Shown here: piece by piece, positions 59,774 to 64,000 of the stretch
Numbering within the stretch: position 1 is the stretch's first letter
Layout of the letters: every line of letters begins with the position of its first letter
DNA from: Blepharisma stoltei ATCC 30299
Lineage: Eukaryota > Protista > Ciliophora
Assembly (NCBI GenBank): GCA_965603825.1
Contig: CBFDEM010000028.1
Span: forward strand, 124,001 to 188,000
Direction of reading: 5' to 3'
DNA: 64,000 bases
Made by a program: the position numbers and the translations under genes
Notes under the pieces: generated by a model
Told to the model about the DNA's origin: nothing
The model's database searches: none
The model's input: only the letters and a program-made list of their open reading frames with translations

Positions 59774-60994
59774 ATGTCTTTCCGAGAAATCAGGAACTTT
59801 TGTGAAATCATGCGTTCATTAGGCTACTCACGTATTATTTCGATGGAAAATTTCCGAACCCCGAATTTCGAGCTGGTGGCCGATATATTGGATTGGCTTC
59901 TTTTAAGGTAAACTTTAGATAGGGTTGACCCTGAGTGTGATATTCCAAATGATATTGAAGAAGAAAGACAAAGAATAAACTTCATTACGAACGTCGCTAA
60001 GTTTTTCTTATCAAAAACCAGAATAAAGCTGAATTTAAGGAAGCTTTATGAAGCTAACGGGTATGCAGTCAGAGAACTATTGAAAATTGCGACGATGCTT
60101 TATAAGGCACAATCATCATCGTCAAAAACTGACGAAGAATCTTGTAAGATATAGCTAGTGATGGACATTGCTATGAGCTCGAAGCTGCAAAACCTTAAGA
60201 CTGCACATGGCTTGGCTACTCAGATTACTGATACAGGCGCCAAACTATTTGATTTATTATCGAAAGAAAAAGAATTGAGGGATGCAAGGGAAAAAGCATT
60301 AGGATTTCTAGATAATATTTCAAGGAATTTAGACTCTAATGCAGAACAAGAATACATAAGAAAATGCATCAGAGATATCATACAAAGCCAAACTGGCAAC
60401 TTGGCACAGATGGAAAAAATGCTTGAAGAGCTCGAAAACGACGAAAAAACACTTGAAGCAAAAATAAAGAAAAGAACAGGAGAGCTGGAAAGGGCTGAAA
60501 AACGGATGAAGTCTCTACAGACTGTCAGGCCTGGGTATATGGATGAATATGAAAGGCTGGAACAAGAAATTGAAAAATTATACGAAGTTTATGTAGTCAG
60601 GTTCAGAAATCTAGCCTATTTGGAACATGATTTAGATGAATACAGCCAAAAAGAAGAAGAAAAATCCAAACAAATTTCAGAATCTCTAAACCAGGAAAGG
60701 AATGAAATTATGGAAACCCAGAAAAGAAGATTAATTGGGGATGGCGAATTTGAAGAAGGGGACATTGAGCAGAATCCTCCTAAAGGAAAAGCTGGGAATA
60801 ATAATGCTGGCAGCAATAGAGAAAGACCGATGGAAGCTAGACAAAATAATAGAAGGCAGCCGAAACAAGAAGAAAGTGACGAAAGTGATTTAATTGATGA
60901 AGATGAAGAAGAAGGATCACTAGAGGTAGATGAAGAAGGCTCTGAAGAAGAGCTAGAAGAGGAAGAAAGTGACTCAATTGATAATGACTTTTAA
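59774..60994 (+). CDS. CLUAP1: Clusterin-associated protein 1 / IFT38; two 15-nt introns
   Basis: [49 protein letters not shown], and an acidic tail ending DNDF. Confidence 0.93.
59908..59922 (+). other. 15-nt intron GTAAACTTTAGATAG
   Basis: Removes an in-frame TAA and restores LLR-VDP. Confidence 0.92.
60144..60158 (+). other. 15-nt intron GTAAGATATAGCTAG
   Basis: Removes an in-frame TAG; A at -6. Confidence 0.9.
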
Positions 60995-61193
60995 AATCTT
61001 CTAACTAAAAATTAATTTATTTATCATTATAATCAACCAAATATAATAACTTTATCCATTTTTTACATAATGCCAATTTAATCCATTGATTCAAAGCCAT
61101 TTTTAAACACATCAATTTACCATTTTGTATATCGTAATTCTACATCTCTAAATTTAAAATAAAATCGGGGGCATCGTTTCTTATAATTAATAA

Positions 61194-61607
61194 ATGGCAA
61201 GAACTAAACAAACAGCTCGTAAAACTCCAGCTGGGAAAACCCCAAAGAAGCATCTAGCCACCAAAGCAGCTAAAAAGGTGTCAGCAGTCACCACTTCAGG
61301 TGTTAAAAAACCTCACAGATTCAGACCAGGGACTGTAGCCTTAAGAGAAATCAGAAAATATCAAAAAAGCACTGAGCTTTTGGTCAGAAAGCTCCCGTTC
61401 CAAAGACTTGTAAGAGAAATTGCCCAAGAATTCAAAACTGACCTCAGATTCCAGTCTTCTGCAGTTTTAGCACTTCAAGAAGCAGCTGAAGCTTACCTCG
61501 TTGGACTTTTTGAAGATACTAATCTTTGTGCGATCCATGGGAAAAGAGTTACGATTATGCCAAGAGATATGCAGCTTGCTCGCAGAATTAGAGGCGAAAG
61601 AACTTAA
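61194..61607 (+). CDS. H3: Histone H3
   Basis: [10 protein letters not shown]...[22 protein letters not shown]...ARRIRGERT. Confidence 0.97.
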   Translation: MARTKQTARKTPAGKTPKKHLATKAAKKVSAVTTSGVKKPHRFRPGTVALREIRKYQKSTELLVRKLPFQRLVREIAQEFKTDLRFQSSAVLALQEAAEAYLVGLFEDTNLCAIHGKRVTIMPRDMQLARRIRGERT

Positions 61608-61871
61608 TTTAGGTTAATTCATATATTGTAGAAAATGTTGTAATTTAATAAATAAATAGCAAACAAGCTAAAGTAAAATCATCAAGTAATGATGGAAAAT
61701 TGCGATCGGAGAGGCTTTCGAAATAAGTAGGAATATATAGAAATTTGAGTGTAGAAATACCAAAATGATTTCTTTCTAGTATTCATATAAAAAATAATAG
61801 AAAATAAATATTATACAATAGAGTGTTCATAACAGTTATTTCTTAAAAATAATTATTTATAGTTTGTTTAA

Positions 61872-62627
61872 TTAAATATTCGTTAAAGAATTTAATTTTG
61901 CACATGTCTCTTCAAGGAGTCCTAACAAAGTATCTTCAGAGTTTTCCCTTTCATTTCTTTCTTGTTCAATCTCGTTTTTAATTTTCGCAATCAAGTCTTG
62001 GAGCATCACAAGCATAGCTTCTTCAGTATCCTCCCTTGCTTTACTCTCATTTTCCATCACTTCTTGCATTTTACCGACACTTTCATTAATTTTTTCATTT
62101 AATTCACCCTCTGTCTTCCCTAGCTCAATTTTGTCATTTTTCATCATTTCTTCAATTCCACTAATTTTTTCATCAAGAAAATTCTTTATGTTTTTTAATG
62201 AATCTCCTCTTAATTGACTTTCCCTTGCTAAATCTGCTTGAACTGAATTTATCCTATCATCAAATATTTTTTGAAACTTTGTATCTGAGTCTCTTTTTTC
62301 TTGATCAGATTCACTGAGCAGGCGTTTAAGGGCTAGTTCAAGATTAGTTAATTCATTGACTTTAGAATCAAAATAAGTTTCTCTGCTTTCTTTTAAGCGA
62401 GATAAGGAATCTAAAATGGAATCTAGCTGAGCTTTGTGTGCGGAAAATTTTTTCGAATTTTGCTCTTCAGATTCCCAAAGATGATGCTCGAGATCTTTGC
62501 ATTTTTGTTCAAGCTGATCAGCACGCGAGCCGTTGTCAGTTTCAAGACCAGTTTGAATTGCAGCAAGACGGCTTGATATTTGAAGAATTCGATCTTGATG
62601 AAGGCTTGAGAAGCTACTAAAACTCAT
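61872..62627 (-). CDS. SF-assemblin/beta-giardin family striated-fibre protein
   Basis: 251-aa coiled coil with periodic E...RE motifs and C-terminal ERNERENSEDTLLGLLEETC. Confidence 0.75.
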   Translation of the reverse strand: MSFSSFSSLHQDRILQISSRLAAIQTGLETDNGSRADQLEQKCKDLEHHLWESEEQNSKKFSAHKAQLDSILDSLSRLKESRETYFDSKVNELTNLELALKRLLSESDQEKRDSDTKFQKIFDDRINSVQADLARESQLRGDSLKNIKNFLDEKISGIEEMMKNDKIELGKTEGELNEKINESVGKMQEVMENESKAREDTEEAMLVMLQDLIAKIKNEIEQERNERENSEDTLLGLLEETCAKLNSLTNI

Positions 62628-62847
62628 ATAATTATAGGCCTGGGAAATATTTACATATTTAAATCATTGGGATAAGGTCTGCCTTTATAATAGCATACAT
62701 GCTTAAGCTTTTAGACATGTCATTAAGAATATTAGTCCCAAATTTATAATGCATTAAAATATAACAATTGCTAATTCTTTATCTATTTTATATATTTTAT
62801 TCCTACTTACATTATAATTATCAATTCAGAAAAATATTCCAATTATA

Positions 62848-63429
62848 TTAGTACCTAGGAACAAATCTTGCAAAATAGCTTTCTAAAAATTTCCCATGAT
62901 CAAATTGGTCTGCTTTATCATTAAAAGTAACGATATACTTTTCATAGAGCTCATCTTCCAGATAATGAGCCAAATAAGCACTCATTATCACATCCGCCTC
63001 AGTTTTACTGATAAGTCTATCATTGATGTCCCCTCTAATCAATATTATTTCTTTGCTAATTGTAAGTTCGTCATAAAAAGAAAGCCCAAATGAAGCAGTA
63101 GCATTCTCATGTTGGGCTTCATAATCAGGGAGGTAATAAAATAAACCTAGTTTGTCTACATATCTGGCTGTAAGGAAGAAAATATTTCCTCTCCTTCTGA
63201 TTGGGAAGATAAATAATGGATGCTTTAGTGCTCTGATGGAGAAATGTGTGTAATAAAGATTAGCCAGGACCATTGAAGTACAGTTAGGACGGACTGCATG
63301 GTATTCATTTCAGATTGAAGCTACTGCCTTGGGATCTTGGTTTTGGAGGAGGTTTACCTTAGCGACTTCTTCGAGAGTTTTCGGAAAAGGAGAAATGAAT
63401 GCGAATAATCGCTTGACTATCATTTTCAT
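62848..63429 (-). CDS. ATP11: Mitochondrial F1 ATP synthase assembly chaperone Atp11
   Basis: PKTLEEVAKVNLL...I(TGA=W)NEYH, HPLFIFPIRR, FYDEL..KEIILIRGD, and TFN..FD. Confidence 0.82.
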
Positions 63430-63902
63430 AATAAATTTGATAGTAAAGTGAAATGGATTTGATGCTTATAATAAATAAACTATGCTACAAGCAATGATAT
63501 TTGATTAAAAGACAATGTAAATTTATTACTTTTTAAGCTTACTTTTATATTTTTGCATAAAGACTGCTTAGATTTTTGATGATTCTTTGAAATCAAAATA
63601 CAAAAAATCTTATGGGAATCTTAATTTATCCTCAAAAATAGGAGAAGGTTATGATTAAGACTTTATCAGATTAAATGATCATTAAAAAAGCATTGCTATT
63701 AATGTTTGCTATCTTAATCATATTCTTAAAGAAATTCTACCTTATTTAATAATATTGAAAATATTTTTCACCTAAATTTCTAATTTTTTTAAATATTTAA
63801 TAAAAATGCCACACATGAATAAAGCTATAAAATAATCTCTCACACACTTCTTTCTAATCTCTTCGTAATAGCTAAACCCCCAGACTAATTTATATTATAT
63901 AA

Positions 63903-64000
63903 ATGGCTGTAGTCTATCCTCCAGGTAGCAGTTTAACAAAATTGACGTCTAATCAAGATAATTCTCTCTCTAATCCCAGCTCTTCTGATGCAATTTGCCA
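63903..64000 (+). CDS. 5' fragment of a CDS running off the window end
   Basis: AAATGGCT start after an AT-rich spacer; 32 open codons. Confidence 0.5.
   Translation, partial: MAVVYPPGSSLTKLTSNQDNSLSNPSSSDAIC

Noticed and set aside
13628-62627. Functional clustering of chromatin/meiosis genes or of ciliary genes
   Set aside because: They are interspersed with unrelated genes, and such genes are common in ciliate genomes; no evidence of co-regulation.
1-64000. TGA as selenocysteine, or mass pseudogenisation
   Set aside because: TGA aligns with conserved Trp, not Cys, in many essential genes, and frames are preserved.
1-64000. Prokaryotic or Mycoplasma-type origin (also table 4); CRISPR arrays, operons, transposases
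   Set aside because: Histones, dynein, Rab and spliceosomal introns show a eukaryotic nucleus; no repeat-spacer array or transposase motif was seen.

Overview
AT-rich, very gene-dense eukaryotic DNA that reads as a ciliate somatic (macronuclear) chromosome of the Blepharisma type (heterotrich). In-frame TGA repeatedly sits at conserved Trp positions, only TAA/TAG end genes, and the introns are 15-16 nt GT..AG with an A six nt from the 3' end. The supplied ORF track is therefore fragmented. Re-read with UGA=Trp and tiny introns, the window holds about 37 genes. Recognisable ones: DNAH1-like dynein heavy chain (truncated at the window start), SETMAR-like SET protein, TECR, CCT8, CEP70-like, CDK5RAP3, FAM136A-like, a thioesterase, two histone H3 loci, Rab11, two Kelch-family paralogs (one decayed), a DOT1-like methyltransferase, a divergent citrate synthase, a ~2186-aa PKD1/REJ-GPS receptor, a cytosolic carboxypeptidase, RPL21, CFAP61, a DUSP-like pseudophosphatase, SPO11, CLUAP1, SF-assemblin and ATP11. 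Best leads: strongly bimodal UGA/UGG usage between genes; a 114-bp TA-bounded IES-like insert retained in a Kelch gene; an intact H3 variant with no start codon; a citrate synthase that keeps its catalytic residues but has lost oxaloacetate-binding residues; head-to-head genes 21-46 nt apart; and a GC-richer hairpin-forming intergenic island next to SPO11. All family calls are by motif recognition, not database search. I found no clearly new multi-gene system.
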